Origin: Thermoplasmata archaeon
Lineage (GTDB): Archaea > Thermoplasmatota > Thermoplasmata > RBG-16-68-12 > JAGMCJ01
Direction: 5' to 3'
Assembly: GCA_023130895.1 (NCBI GenBank)
Contig: JAGMAI010000030.1
Span: forward strand, 1 to 38,522
Length of the DNA stretch: 38,522 nt
The notes beneath the pieces are model-generated. The model was not told the origin of the DNA. It made no database searches and saw nothing but the letters and a program-made list of their open reading frames with translations. Made by a program: the position numbers and the translations under genes. This document shows positions 9,266 to 19,280 of this stretch, piece by piece; positions within the stretch are counted from its first letter, which is position 1, and the number at the start of each line of letters is the position of its first letter.

Positions 9266-11438
9266 GCGGGTGCCCTTCCGACGGATAACACCTCGCCTTG
9301 ACGCCCTTCCTCTCTATGTCGATCTTGCCGTCCTCGACCAACTTCTTGACGTGATAGTTAGCCAGTTGCCTGCTTGTCCCCATCAGCCTCGCGAGGTCGC
9401 TTATCGACATGCCCGGGGACTCGTTCACCCGCTCGAGTATGTCCTCCTGGATCGCGTGGAGGCCGTTGTCCGGTATCTTCATCCCGACGGGATAGAAGAT
9501 CTTCCTGCTCCCCTTCGGCTTGGACACTATCAGCCCCTCCCGCTCGAGGACGTCCAGATGATAGGTCAGCGTCCCGTTGTTCAGCTGCAGGTTCCGCTTT
9601 ATCGCGGTGTAGTGCTCTCCAGGATGCACCTTGATGTAACCGTAGATCTGACCGCGCAGGAAGTGGTCCAGGATGTCCTTGCGCTTGAGCTTGACGTACA
9701 GCGGTATGAGAAGGAACTTGAAGAGGCCGAACTTGCCCACCTCGGTGTTGAGGAACCCGCCAACGAAGGCGGCCGCGAGGAGTCCGAGCCCCAGCGGGAT
9801 AATGATCGGGAACTCCTGAGCGGGAGCCTTGACGGCCACGTGGATCTCATCGCTGTCCACGTTCCCGTCGTCGTCCTCCACGTGCAGGGTGACAGTGTAG
9901 TTGCCCGCCGCCTCGAATGCGTAGGTCACCATCTGACCGGGAAGCTCAACGCTTGCATCGCCCAGCTCGATGACCCACAGGAAACTGGCGGTGTCCCAGA
10001 ACCTCGGGTCGTTGTCCGAGCAGTTGCCAGCGTCGAAGAGAACAGAATCGCCCACATTAGCCTCTCTGAAGCCTCCCGCATCCGCGACGGGCGGAGTCGT
10101 GTCCTGCACGAATATGTTGATGTGGTCAACGTCCTCGTTGCCCTCTGGGTCTGTCACCGTGAGCGTGATTGTGTATCTACCGGGCGTCCAGAAGACGTAG
10201 TCGACCGTGATCCCCTCCAACCTCACCGAAGTGCCCTGGTTGTCGAACTCCCATACGAAGCCTCCTTGCTCGTGGAGATTGGGATCGTTATCCGTCGAGC
10301 CGCTCGCGTCAAGGAGCAGGACCACGTCCTCGTCGACATCCCTGTTCCCGCCTGCATCTGCCCTGGGCGGTGTGAGGTCAACAGCAAAGCCCAGCTCCAC
10401 CCACGTGTTGCCCTCTATCCACCTGAGCGCCTCGGCCTCATGACCCTCCTTGCTGGCGAGTACCACGTACGGGTTGTGGGTCATGGTCTCGAGCCGAGTC
10501 AGCACAGCTTCCGTGATGATCGCCCTTTCCACGAGCCCGAACTCGTCCGTCACGAAGGTCGTGTTCTCTCCGAGCTCGCTTGAGAAGGTCACCTCGGCGC
10601 CGTGAACGGGACTGCCGAACTCATCGAAGACCTCAGCGGTGACGAACCATTGCACCGTCAGGGTGGAGAGGTCGTCCTCGATGGCGACCTTGGTCCACTC
10701 GACTGGTGAATTGATGAAACTCGCGTGCGAATCCTCCTCGAGAACCACGTCAAGAAAGGCGCTCTGGACCGTTGAATTTGTCACCGTTATCTGCGAACCG
10801 AGGGTGTGGATAGAGATGCCGTTCAAGGCAACAGTGGATGAGTCGATGATTGCCTCTGAGTTCCGCAGATATATGCCCCATTCACCCGACTCCATCACGG
10901 AAGAATCGGTCATCTTCAGCGAGGAGTTTGCCGAGTATATCCCCGCATAGTGGTTGTCATGGAAGTGCACATCCTCGAGGACGACAGATGCATGGTTCGC
11001 CAGGCGCAAAGCGCGATGCCCATACCCGATCCTCGCATTCCTGATGATGTTCTCTGGCTGCGTGAGGAGTATGCTGGTCCAGTCACCGGGATGCTTGACT
11101 GTTTCGTTCGATGTGAAGACTATGGCCTCTCCCTCCGAACCGTCAGCTTGAAGGTGACCCTCGATTACCAGGCTCACGTTAGATTCGATCCGCACCTCAA
11201 CGCCGGGGTCTATGACCAGCGTCTTGCCAAAGTCTAGGGACGCGTTCTCGATGATCACAATCGGGCTTTCATCAAAGGTCCAGTGCGTGTCCGTTATCTC
11301 CCCGTGAACGTACGTAGGTCCGGCGGAAGCCTGAGGAGGAATACTATAGAGGCAGGAAAGAAGTAGCGCTGACAATAGAGCAATTGCGGAGCCCAGTCGA
11401 GCAGTGCTTTTCGCCTCTTCCCTGCCTTGTGTTTTCAA
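9249..11438 (-). CDS. Membrane-anchored transcription regulator: extracellular beta-helix and two PKD domains, TM segment, cytoplasmic tandem wHTH (COG3398-like)
   Basis: Signal peptide; two PPxADAGG...YTITLTVTD PKD repeats; TM IIIPLGLGLLAAAFVGG; ILDHFLRGQIYGYIKVHPGEHY..NGTLTYHL and a second HTH PGMSISDLAR..RQLANYHV. Confidence 0.85.
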   Translation of the reverse strand: MKTQGREEAKSTARLGSAIALLSALLLSCLYSIPPQASAGPTYVHGEITDTHWTFDESPIVIIENASLDFGKTLVIDPGVEVRIESNVSLVIEGHLQADGSEGEAIVFTSNETVKHPGDWTSILLTQPENIIRNARIGYGHRALRLANHASVVLEDVHFHDNHYAGIYSANSSLKMTDSSVMESGEWGIYLRNSEAIIDSSTVALNGISIHTLGSQITVTNSTVQSAFLDVVLEEDSHASFINSPVEWTKVAIEDDLSTLTVQWFVTAEVFDEFGSPVHGAEVTFSSELGENTTFVTDEFGLVERAIITEAVLTRLETMTHNPYVVLASKEGHEAEALRWIEGNTWVELGFAVDLTPPRADAGGNRDVDEDVVLLLDASGSTDNDPNLHEQGGFVWEFDNQGTSVRLEGITVDYVFWTPGRYTITLTVTDPEGNEDVDHINIFVQDTTPPVADAGGFREANVGDSVLFDAGNCSDNDPRFWDTASFLWVIELGDASVELPGQMVTYAFEAAGNYTVTLHVEDDDGNVDSDEIHVAVKAPAQEFPIIIPLGLGLLAAAFVGGFLNTEVGKFGLFKFLLIPLYVKLKRKDILDHFLRGQIYGYIKVHPGEHYTAIKRNLQLNNGTLTYHLDVLEREGLIVSKPKGSRKIFYPVGMKIPDNGLHAIQEDILERVNESPGMSISDLARLMGTSRQLANYHVKKLVEDGKIDIERKGVKARCYPSEGHPPRSAF

Positions 11439-11457
11439 TCGCCTCAGTCCCGTGTAA

Positions 11458-14109
11458 TTATAGCACGTATCGTCTAATAAGCATGATGGCCGCTATTATG
11501 AGCGGTATCCCGAGCGCTATGGGCAGTATCACGTCCCTGATAGGCGGCCAGGGCGGCGCGATCATGCCTCCATGGTTGTCGACGACCACGTCGACGCTGA
11601 CCACGTCGGAGTACAACTCACCATCATAGGCGCGCGCGTGCACCGTATGGTTTCCATTGTCGTACTCGGTCGTGTCCCAGAGATACGCCCATGTGGACCA
11701 GCTTCCGTCGCCGGATGTGTCCGTGGCGTTCTGCCACTCACCGTCGTCTATCTTCACCTGGACGAGATCGACCTCGTCCCCCGGGTCGGGATCGCTGGCG
11801 TATCCGTACACGAGGTACTCCCCGTCCACGGTCTCGTTCTCGACCGGATGGACGATTTCCAACTCGGGTGCGTTGTTGAGGTTGTCAACGCCCACCTCCA
11901 CGCAGTCAAGCTCGGAGTGGTGCTCTCCGTCATATGCACGAGCACAAACAGTATGGTTCCCGTTCTCGTACTCGCCAGTGTTCCACTCGTAGGCCCAGTG
12001 CGACCAGCTGCCGTCTCCGGAGACGTCTGTGGCGTCCTCCCACTCGTCCTCGTCTATCTTGACCTGGACGAGCTCCACGCCCCCGTCGTCCTCAGCGATC
12101 CCGTTGACGAGAACGATGCCGCTGAGCAGCGCACCGTCATCTGGATAGAGTATCTCGACCTCTGGCGGATCGTTCACATTGTCCGTGCACGCGATCACGG
12201 TGGCATTGTCGGACCAGAGCTCGCCGTCGTAGGACCTTGCGAGGATCCTGTAGCAGTCGTCATCCCACTCGGGGGTGATCCACTCGTACGCCCACTGGTA
12301 CCAGCTGTCGTCCGGGGAGACGTCCTTTGCCAAGTGCCACTCGCCGTCGCCTATCTTCACCTGAACCTTGGTTATGCGGTCGCCTTCATCGTTGTCCCAC
12401 GCCTTCCCGTGGATGAGATAGAACCCGCTCACTTCCTCGTTGTGCTCGGGATGGATGATCGATACCTCGGGCTTGCCGTTATCGTTCTCCACGATGACCT
12501 CTCGGACGTCCACGTCGGACCAGCCGCACTCGGAACCGGCCTTTGCCCTGACCCAGTGCTCCCCGTTCTCGTAGTCACGGGTGTTCCAGTGGAAAGCCCA
12601 TGTCCGGTAGTCGGGGCCCCAAGATGTATCGGTCGCCTCGTGCCAATCGCCCTCATCGATCCTCACCAGGACGTGAGAGACGCCGTACCCGGGGTTCGGG
12701 TCATCGGCCCTTCCGTGGATGAGCACAATCCCGCTGAGAACGTCCCCGTTCTCGGGATGCACTATCTGGACGGTCGGTGCCTCGCAGCCACCGTTCTCAA
12801 CGATGACCTTGATCCAGTCTAGCTCGGACCAGTGAACGCCGTCAGAGCCCTTGGCATGGATCCAGTGTATTCCGTCCTCCCACTGTGTGGTATCCCACTC
12901 CCACTTCCAGTACTCGAAGCCTTCCTCCATTCCCATCCAGGTGGCCTCGTGCCAGTCGCCGGTCTCGTCTATCATCACGAGGACCTCGAGCAGCTCGTTG
13001 TCATCGAAGCACTTGATCCAGACGTCCACCCAGCCGCTGACGACCTCCTCCCAATCGGGCTCGACTATCTCGCACGTCGGCGGGTCGTTGACGTTGTCCA
13101 CGTAGACGTGTATGTCCACGTACTCGGAGTAATCCTCACCGTCGAACGCTCTGGCGACGACCGCGTGCCATCCGTCCTCGAACTCCGTCGTGTCCCACTC
13201 GTACTCCCAGGTGTGCCAATCACCGTCGGGCGAGACGTCCGTGGCGTTGAACCACTCCTCTGTCCCGTCGAAAGCGACCTGCACGAGCTCGACCTGGTCG
13301 CCCTCATCAGGGTCCCCAGAGTGGCCCCACACGGTCACTGTCCCGCCGACCTCGGACCAGTCTGGCGGGTGCTCGATGTTCACCCAGGGCGGAGTGTTCG
13401 GCTCCTCGTTCATTATGTAGACATGTATGTCCGTCAGCTCGGAGTAGTCTTCACCATCAAAGGCCCTGACCACGAAATAGTGCCACCCGTCCTCGAAGGT
13501 CGTCGTGTCCCAGATGTACTCCCAGGTCCACCAGTCGCCCTCGTTGGATGTGTCCGTGCAGTTGAGCCAGTCTTCCGTGTTGTCGAAGGAGATCTGCACA
13601 AGCTCGACCACATCGCCCTCGTCCGGGTCGGATGCGTGACCCCATATCTCGACGGTCCCCCCGACCTCGCTGTAGTCCGGCGGGTGCTCCACCCAAACGT
13701 GCGGCGGGGAGTTCTCGTTCTGCACGATGAAGCCGAGATCAGCGTAGCCGTAGAACTCTCCGTCATACGCCCTCGCGACTATGTAGTGCTCCCCATCAGC
13801 AACGAGAGTGCTGTCCCAATCGTAGTCCCAGTGGAACCAGTTCCCTGACAGGTCGTTCGCGAGCACCCAGTCGTCGGGGCTGTCGATGGAGACCTCCACG
13901 GTCACGACCTCGACATCGTCCTCCGACAAACCCTGGAAGGTGACAACCCCGCTGACCGTCTGCCCAGGGTCAGGGTAGGTTATCACGACCACCGGTGGCT
14001 CGTTGGCCAACGCGATGGTGAGTGCACCCATCCCCACGACAAGTGCCAGAAACAGTGTCAAAACGATCTTGATGCTATGCCCATTACGTCCAAACCCACT
14101 TGAGTCCAT
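11458..14109 (-). CDS. Acidic Trp-rich cell-surface protein with eight Ig-like repeats and a C-terminal TM anchor
   Basis: Eight repeats of about 100 aa, PxVxIxxP...G.A.D.D..V..VQV.ID...W..W.Y.WDT..DG.H...ARAYDG; N-terminal signal and C-terminal TM. Confidence 0.88.
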   Translation of the reverse strand: MDSSGFGRNGHSIKIVLTLFLALVVGMGALTIALANEPPVVVITYPDPGQTVSGVVTFQGLSEDDVEVVTVEVSIDSPDDWVLANDLSGNWFHWDYDWDSTLVADGEHYIVARAYDGEFYGYADLGFIVQNENSPPHVWVEHPPDYSEVGGTVEIWGHASDPDEGDVVELVQISFDNTEDWLNCTDTSNEGDWWTWEYIWDTTTFEDGWHYFVVRAFDGEDYSELTDIHVYIMNEEPNTPPWVNIEHPPDWSEVGGTVTVWGHSGDPDEGDQVELVQVAFDGTEEWFNATDVSPDGDWHTWEYEWDTTEFEDGWHAVVARAFDGEDYSEYVDIHVYVDNVNDPPTCEIVEPDWEEVVSGWVDVWIKCFDDNELLEVLVMIDETGDWHEATWMGMEEGFEYWKWEWDTTQWEDGIHWIHAKGSDGVHWSELDWIKVIVENGGCEAPTVQIVHPENGDVLSGIVLIHGRADDPNPGYGVSHVLVRIDEGDWHEATDTSWGPDYRTWAFHWNTRDYENGEHWVRAKAGSECGWSDVDVREVIVENDNGKPEVSIIHPEHNEEVSGFYLIHGKAWDNDEGDRITKVQVKIGDGEWHLAKDVSPDDSWYQWAYEWITPEWDDDCYRILARSYDGELWSDNATVIACTDNVNDPPEVEILYPDDGALLSGIVLVNGIAEDDGGVELVQVKIDEDEWEDATDVSGDGSWSHWAYEWNTGEYENGNHTVCARAYDGEHHSELDCVEVGVDNLNNAPELEIVHPVENETVDGEYLVYGYASDPDPGDEVDLVQVKIDDGEWQNATDTSGDGSWSTWAYLWDTTEYDNGNHTVHARAYDGELYSDVVSVDVVVDNHGGMIAPPWPPIRDVILPIALGIPLIIAAIMLIRRYVL

Positions 14110-14188
14110 TCTAACTCACCAGGATTTCAGAGGTGAGGAGGATATAAGTTAAGATTTGAACGGCTTTTTCCTCGTATTAAAGGATTCC

Positions 14189-14647
14189 TCACTGCCCGCG
14201 GTGCACCCTCTCCATCCATTCCGGTTCAGTAACGCCCATCGCGCTGTCGTGATGTTTGGTGTATGGCTTTATGTCCAGCACTGGAGAGCCGTCAAGGGCG
14301 TCCAGGCCTTTCACCCTGAGGACGTTGCCGTCTCTGCCGAGGACCTCCACGGTCTCGAGACCTATCGGGTTCGGTCTCCTGGGGGAGCGGGTGGCGAACA
14401 CGCCGACTATGGGAAGCGAGGGGTCTCCCATCGGGCGGACCTTGAGGACCTTCCTCTCCTCCTCCGGTATCCTGTTGAGCCAGTAGACGATGATGGCGTG
14501 GGAGTGGTGCTCGATCCCGTCAAGACAGTCCCGGAGGTCCTCTTCGACAACGATCTCGGAGACGATGTCCCTGTACGCCTCCCCGGAGACCTTCTCCGTC
14601 ATCTCGTTCCTCACGAAGCCCACTGGGCGGAGCGTGATGTCGCTCAT
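14189..14647 (-). CDS. tsaA: TsaA/TrmO-family tRNA (m6t6A37) methyltransferase-like protein
   Basis: GVFATRSPRRPNPIGL and GLDALDGSPVLDIKPY motifs. Confidence 0.92.
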   Translation of the reverse strand: MSDITLRPVGFVRNEMTEKVSGEAYRDIVSEIVVEEDLRDCLDGIEHHSHAIIVYWLNRIPEEERKVLKVRPMGDPSLPIVGVFATRSPRRPNPIGLETVEVLGRDGNVLRVKGLDALDGSPVLDIKPYTKHHDSAMGVTEPEWMERVHRGQ

Positions 14648-15465
14648 CCGACCATTTCCCTTCTCCTGAAGAACAGGAATGCTAGAATCGAAGAGGCTAT
14701 GAAGTAGCCTGCCATGGTAGCCGCACTTGTAGCCAACTCCGGTACATAGAAGCAGATGGTCTGCCTGGCTTGCTGAATGCAGAACTTCCCCGCTTGGTAT
14801 TCTGGTTCCATGACATAGGTCACGGTGTCTCCGCTCTGTGTGACGAGGAACCAGGGGTCAACCTCCGCCATACCTAGTGCCATTCCGACCATTGGAAGCA
14901 CGAAGAGGAAGAGAATGAAGGTTAGGACAGTCGATCCGATTATGCCCTTCATTATAGCGCTTATTGCATACGCCACACCCAGCGCAGCTGAGAGATACAG
15001 GACTGCCAGGAGAAGAGAATACGCCAATTCGATAGTCACTGTCTTGTACATTCCCCCAATGAACAAGACAATGAGTCCATAGTATACTGATATGACAATA
15101 ACAGAGGCAATCATGCTTGCACTGAATTTCCCCAGGAAGATCGTCAGTCTTTTCACGGGATTAGGAAACAGCACGAATCCTGTCCTCTGCTGGAACTCCC
15201 CCACGAGAGCATCACTGCCAAAGAGGGTGGCACAGAGCAGGATGAGTACGCTCATAAAACCAAGATAGATCTGCGAATAGCCCTCGAACGTCGAGGGATA
15301 GTCCACACCCGCTGCTGGAAATAACAGAAGCACAAAGAAGAAGATGAGAAACAAGACGATGAAGATCACCCAGATCCTCTTCTTCCTCAGATGACCCAGC
15401 AATTCATACCTCGTGATAGTGACGTACTGGTCTGCGCCTGATGGTATCGTCGTCTTCTCAACCAT
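14644..15465 (-). CDS. ABC-2 type transporter permease
   Basis: About six hydrophobic segments; GSDALVGEFQQRTG..L..NPV.R..IFLGKF signature. Confidence 0.88.
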   Translation of the reverse strand: MVEKTTIPSGADQYVTITRYELLGHLRKKRIWVIFIVLFLIFFFVLLLFPAAGVDYPSTFEGYSQIYLGFMSVLILLCATLFGSDALVGEFQQRTGFVLFPNPVKRLTIFLGKFSASMIASVIVISVYYGLIVLFIGGMYKTVTIELAYSLLLAVLYLSAALGVAYAISAIMKGIIGSTVLTFILFLFVLPMVGMALGMAEVDPWFLVTQSGDTVTYVMEPEYQAGKFCIQQARQTICFYVPELATSAATMAGYFIASSILAFLFFRRREMVG

Positions 15466-15466
15466 G

Positions 15467-16399
15467 TCAGGAACTCCCTATCATATCCATGTACAGGTCC
15501 TCGAGCTCCATTCCGACGGACTGGAACGAGACGACCATCGCACCTTTGGCAATCATTTCTGCCAGCATCTTCGCTCTGTCTTGGTCGTTTCCCCCGAACC
15601 TGAGGTTGACGATTTCCGGATGAACCAGGCTGACCTCAGCAACCCCTTCGAAGTTCTTGATGGTATCGAGTTGCTCCTCCGTAATGGGCTCCACTAGCCT
15701 GATTTCCAGCTTCTTTGCCCCCGTCAGCTTGCTGATGTTCTCGACCTTGTCGAAGAAGATGAGCCTCCCCTTGTCCACCATGGCGACCCAGTCGCAGACC
15801 TCCTGGGCCTCGTATAACAGATGAGAACTCATGAAGATCGTTCGCTTCTCCTTCTTGAGATCCTTGATTATTTCTCGGACCTCGATCATTCCACGCGGGT
15901 CGAGCCCGCTCGTGGGCTCGTCTAGTATCAGGACCGTGGGCTCGTGAAGCAAAGCCTGGGCGATTCCGAGCCTCTGCTTCATGCCCTTGGAGAACTTCCC
16001 TATCCTCGTCGTCGCCCACTCTTCCATATGGACCTGTTCCAGGACGCGTTTCGAACGATCTCTGACGTACTCCTCACCCATGCCACGCAGTCTTCCGAGG
16101 TAGTCCAGCGTCTCGATCGGTGTGAGATAGGGATAGAACTCCGGTGTCTCGACAACGGAACCGACGTTCATGAGTGCCGCTTTCGGGCTCTCTCGGATGT
16201 CAAACCCCTCCACGTAGGCCTTCCCGGCGGTTGATCTAATCAGGCTCGTGAGTATCTTTATCGTGGTCGTCTTCCCCGCGCCGTTGGGACCTATGAAGCC
16301 CACGCATACGTCTGGCCCTATGGTCAGGGTCAGCTCGTCCAAGGCGGGGAACCCGTTGTACATCTTCGTCAAGCCGACGGTTTTGATGACCTCTCGCAT
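15467..16399 (-). CDS. ABC transporter ATP-binding protein (ABC-2/CcmA-like)
   Basis: Walker A GPNGAGKTT, signature FSKGMKQR, Walker B LILDEPTSGLDP, SSH switch. Confidence 0.95.
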   Translation of the reverse strand: MREVIKTVGLTKMYNGFPALDELTLTIGPDVCVGFIGPNGAGKTTTIKILTSLIRSTAGKAYVEGFDIRESPKAALMNVGSVVETPEFYPYLTPIETLDYLGRLRGMGEEYVRDRSKRVLEQVHMEEWATTRIGKFSKGMKQRLGIAQALLHEPTVLILDEPTSGLDPRGMIEVREIIKDLKKEKRTIFMSSHLLYEAQEVCDWVAMVDKGRLIFFDKVENISKLTGAKKLEIRLVEPITEEQLDTIKNFEGVAEVSLVHPEIVNLRFGGNDQDRAKMLAEMIAKGAMVVSFQSVGMELEDLYMDMIGSS

Positions 16400-16498
16400 C
16401 GACCACTCAAAAGCAGGGACAGTATTTTAAGCTTGATTGCGCGGGCCTCTCGAAAACGTTAAGTCTCGCGGAGGTTTTCCAGCAAAGGGTGAGATACG

Positions 16499-17266
16499 AT
16501 GGAGGACGACATAAGATTCCATGAGTACAAGAAGTGGGACTTCTCCAATTCCTTGGTCCTGACGAGTTTCCCCACGATCGGGCTCGTCAGCACGATAGCC
16601 GGGAGCTTTCTCGTGAAGACGCTCAAGATGGAGCTCGTGGGCGCGATTGTCTCCAGCAAGCTGCCGCCCGTTGCGCTCATACACGAGGGGAAGGTGTCCC
16701 CAGCCTTCAGGATCTACTCCACCTCGCAGAAGTGCGGGCCGGACAACGAGTGCGACCAGCTGACGGTGCTGCTCTCGGAGTTCATGCCCAGGGCCGATGC
16801 CATCGAGCCTCTCGCGGTCAAGGTCCTGAACTGGGCGGTGGAGGAGGACGTGGGCTTCTTCGTTTCGCTCGAGGGCGTGAACTCGCCCGTCCCTCTCGTC
16901 GGCGACCCGAAGGTCTTCGGCGTCGGAAGCACGGCCCGGACGCAGAAGCTGATCAAGGAGTACGGTCTGGAACCGCTCAAGGATGGCATGGTCAGCGGGT
17001 TCCCGGGCGTGCTGCTCTACCTGGCGGCGATGAAGGACCAGAGTGTTCTGGCGCTCCTGTCGGAGACGAGACCCGATTTCCCGGATGCGAGGGCGGCCGC
17101 GCGGATGCTCGAAGTACTCGGGAGGATGGTGCCCAACCTGGAGATCGATCCGGAGCCCCTGCTGAAGGAAGCGGAGCTCATCGAGCAGCAGATACTCGAG
17201 TCGATAGAGAACGCCAAGCCATCATCCCCGGTGAGCCCCGAGATGCCGTCATCGATGTACGGATAG
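16499..17266 (+). CDS. PAC2-family proteasome assembly chaperone-like protein
   Basis: FPTIGLVSTIA, GMVSGFPGVLL, PDARAAARML, L..EAELIE and a C-terminal MYG (HbYX-like) motif. Confidence 0.88.
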   Translation: MEDDIRFHEYKKWDFSNSLVLTSFPTIGLVSTIAGSFLVKTLKMELVGAIVSSKLPPVALIHEGKVSPAFRIYSTSQKCGPDNECDQLTVLLSEFMPRADAIEPLAVKVLNWAVEEDVGFFVSLEGVNSPVPLVGDPKVFGVGSTARTQKLIKEYGLEPLKDGMVSGFPGVLLYLAAMKDQSVLALLSETRPDFPDARAAARMLEVLGRMVPNLEIDPEPLLKEAELIEQQILESIENAKPSSPVSPEMPSSMYG

Positions 17267-17342
17267 GCCCGTCAGGGGTCTGAAGCCAGTCCGCAAAGTT
17301 ATTTATATCGTCCCAAATATGAGTGCGTCCCGGAGAATCTGA

Positions 17343-18239
17343 ATGGCAAAGAAGTCCCGAACAGCTGCACGGAAGGTCAAGGACAAATGGAAGTCCAAGA
17401 CGTGGTACAACATCATCGCGCCCGAGATGTTCGACAGCCGCATCCTCGGCGAGACGCCAGCGGACTCGCCCGAGAAGCTGATCAATCGCGTGACGGAGGT
17501 GACCGTCCAGGATATCACAGGCGACTTCAGCAAGATGCATATCAAGCTCAGGTTCAAGGTCCACGACGTGAGGGGAGGCGACGCCTACACGTACTTCATC
17601 GGGCACGACATGACGAGCGACTACATCCGAAGGCTCACTCGCAGGAAGAAGTCGAGAACGGACGGGACGTTCGACGTGATGACCAAGGATGACAACCTCG
17701 TCAGGATCAAGCCCATGGCGATCGCGGAGAGGAGGATACAGTCCTCGAAGCAGTCCGCCATCAGGAAGAAGATGGAGGACATAGTGAAGTCCGAAGCCTC
17801 CGGGAAGATCCTCAGCGAGCTGGTCCGGGTGATGATCATGGGAGAGATGTCCAAGAAGATCGCCGTGGCGTGCAGGAGCATCCAGCCGTTGCAGAGGGTC
17901 GAGATTCGCAAGTCTGAACTGTTGAGGATATCCAAGCTTCCCGACATCCCGGAGAAAGCGCCGGAGGAGGAGCCTGAGGAGCCACCGGCCACCGAAGAGC
18001 CGGAGGAGGGCGAGGAGCCCGCAGAAGAGACTCCCGAGGAGCCTGAGGCCGCGGAAGAGACGCCGGAGACCGCCCCAGAGGAATCTGAGGCAGCGGAAGA
18101 GACGCCTGGAGAGACGTCCGAAGAAGCCCCAGAAGAAGCTCCCGAGGAGCCCGAGGCTCCGGAAGAGCCGGCGGAAGCCTCCGAGGAAACGGTCGAGCCC
18201 GCAGAAGAGGTCGAGGAAGAGGAACCCGCCGAGTCCTAG
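17343..18239 (+). CDS. rps3ae: 30S ribosomal protein S3Ae with long acidic E/P/A-rich C-terminal tail
   Basis: KDKWKSKTWYNIIAP, GHDMTSDYIRRLTRR, PLQRVEIRKSE. Confidence 0.97.
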   Translation: MAKKSRTAARKVKDKWKSKTWYNIIAPEMFDSRILGETPADSPEKLINRVTEVTVQDITGDFSKMHIKLRFKVHDVRGGDAYTYFIGHDMTSDYIRRLTRRKKSRTDGTFDVMTKDDNLVRIKPMAIAERRIQSSKQSAIRKKMEDIVKSEASGKILSELVRVMIMGEMSKKIAVACRSIQPLQRVEIRKSELLRISKLPDIPEKAPEEEPEEPPATEEPEEGEEPAEETPEEPEAAEETPETAPEESEAAEETPGETSEEAPEEAPEEPEAPEEPAEASEETVEPAEEVEEEEPAES

Positions 18240-18240
18240 T

Positions 18241-18342
18241 GTCGGGGTGGCTCAGCCTGGTGGAGCGCCAGACTCATAGGGTTCGTTCGAAGAGCGCTCC
18301 TTGGAAATCTGGAGGTCGCGGGTTCAAAGCCCGCCCCCGACA
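18241..18342 (+). tRNA. Elongator tRNA-Met (CAT) with a 28-nt intron at the canonical 37/38 position (intron about 18279-18306)
   Basis: Acceptor GTCGGGG/CCCCGAC, D-arm GCTCAGCCTGGTGGAGC, anticodon stem CCAGA/TCTGG with CTCATA, T-arm GCGGG-TTCAAAG-CCCGC. G1-C72 argues against the initiator. Confidence 0.92.
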
Positions 18343-18422
18343 CCTATTCTGAGAAAAGACAGTGCCCGCGCTCTCGCAACTGACTAGATTCGTCCTCTCG
18401 CGAACCGCACAGCGCCAGCGGA

Positions 18423-18683
18423 TCAGTCCTCGATGACCTTGTACACGAAGTCGTTGGGACGGACCCTCTCGGCGACCTTGATGCCTACCGACTGACCCGG
18501 AGTTGCCTCCTGGATCGGGTTCCTGTCGATCTCCATGGACTCCACGGTCAGAGTGAGGTCGGTCGTCGCACCCTGTATGGCTATCTCGTCCCCTACCTTC
18601 AGGGTGCCCTCCTCGATCTGGATGGCGGCGACCATGGGCTTCGCGAAGTACTTGAACACCCTCCCGACTTTCATCTTCTCCAT
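18423..18683 (-). CDS. Small translation-elongation-factor-like beta-barrel protein (EF-Tu domain 2 / U32 C-terminal-like)
   Basis: KVGRVFKYFAKPMVAAI..GTLKVGDEI.I.G.TTD...VESMEI...A.PGQSVGIKV..RVRPND.VYK; start taken at ATG 18683. Confidence 0.82.
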   Translation of the reverse strand: MEKMKVGRVFKYFAKPMVAAIQIEEGTLKVGDEIAIQGATTDLTLTVESMEIDRNPIQEATPGQSVGIKVAERVRPNDFVYKVIED

Positions 18684-18723
18684 GTAACCAACCGAGAACA
18701 ACATCGGTTTGAACGATAAAAAG

Positions 18724-19086
18724 TCATCGTTCCGAGGGGAGGGACATGAGGGATAGGAGGCCCGCGGAGAGCGAGAAGAGTCCGCCGAAGAAGCTTCCCG
18801 TGTCGCCGACCCAGATGAGCACGATCCCCAACACGATGGCGGAGATGCCCACGACGCGCGGGTGCCTGTCGAGAAAGACGAGGGATGTCATGATGAGGGC
18901 GCCCACGAGGTTCATCGCATAGATGCCGACGTCGTAGAGCGTGTTCCTGCACCCGATTGTCTCCGCCAGGTAGGTGTCCATGCACATGTCGCGCAGCCAC
19001 AACATGAGGACTCCCAGTATGACGCAGAGAACAGCGCCCACCAGCAAGATCCTCTGGACCAGGCTGAGACGCCTTCGAATGGGCAT
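18724..19086 (-). CDS. Small four-TM hypothetical membrane protein
   Basis: Four hydrophobic segments; a Cys pair (DMC...IGC) in the first loop. Confidence 0.6.
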   Translation of the reverse strand: MPIRRRLSLVQRILLVGAVLCVILGVLMLWLRDMCMDTYLAETIGCRNTLYDVGIYAMNLVGALIMTSLVFLDRHPRVVGISAIVLGIVLIWVGDTGSFFGGLFSLSAGLLSLMSLPSER

Positions 19087-19172
19087 TCAAGAGACGGATT
19101 GCTTCGGGCTTCTTAATACTACTCTCGGCTTGTGTCGCTTTCATCCAAATGCCTCGGCTACACCTGTAACCG

Positions 19173-19280
19173 AAAAGGAGGAGTCGCCCGCACCGTGAGG
19201 AGATTACGTCCCCTCCGAGGGATCTTGTGAATGGTCCAGACGAAGATCACTATCGTATGCACATGAGAGCCTCGGTATGC
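19173..19280 (-). ncRNA. Candidate structured small RNA divergent from LSm
   Basis: Nested complementary segments CCGAGG/CCTCGG (19215/19270) and GATCTT/AAGATC (19221/19243); closing pair GCACCG/CGGTATGC; GAGGAGA/TCCCCTC hairpin; TTTAAA at 19302 and a minus-strand T4 at 19173-19176. Confidence 0.35.

Noticed and set aside
9270-13848. Long antisense ORFs (e.g. 9270-10583, 11572-12822, 12832-13848, and similar ones elsewhere)
   Set aside because: Shadow frames of genuine genes caused by GC-rich codon bias; no protein motifs.
18241-18342. Initiator tRNA-Met or tRNA-Ile2(CAT)
   Set aside because: G1-C72, no GGG/CCC anticodon stem, and the canonical intron with this acceptor sequence fit elongator Met best; Ile2 is not absolutely excluded.
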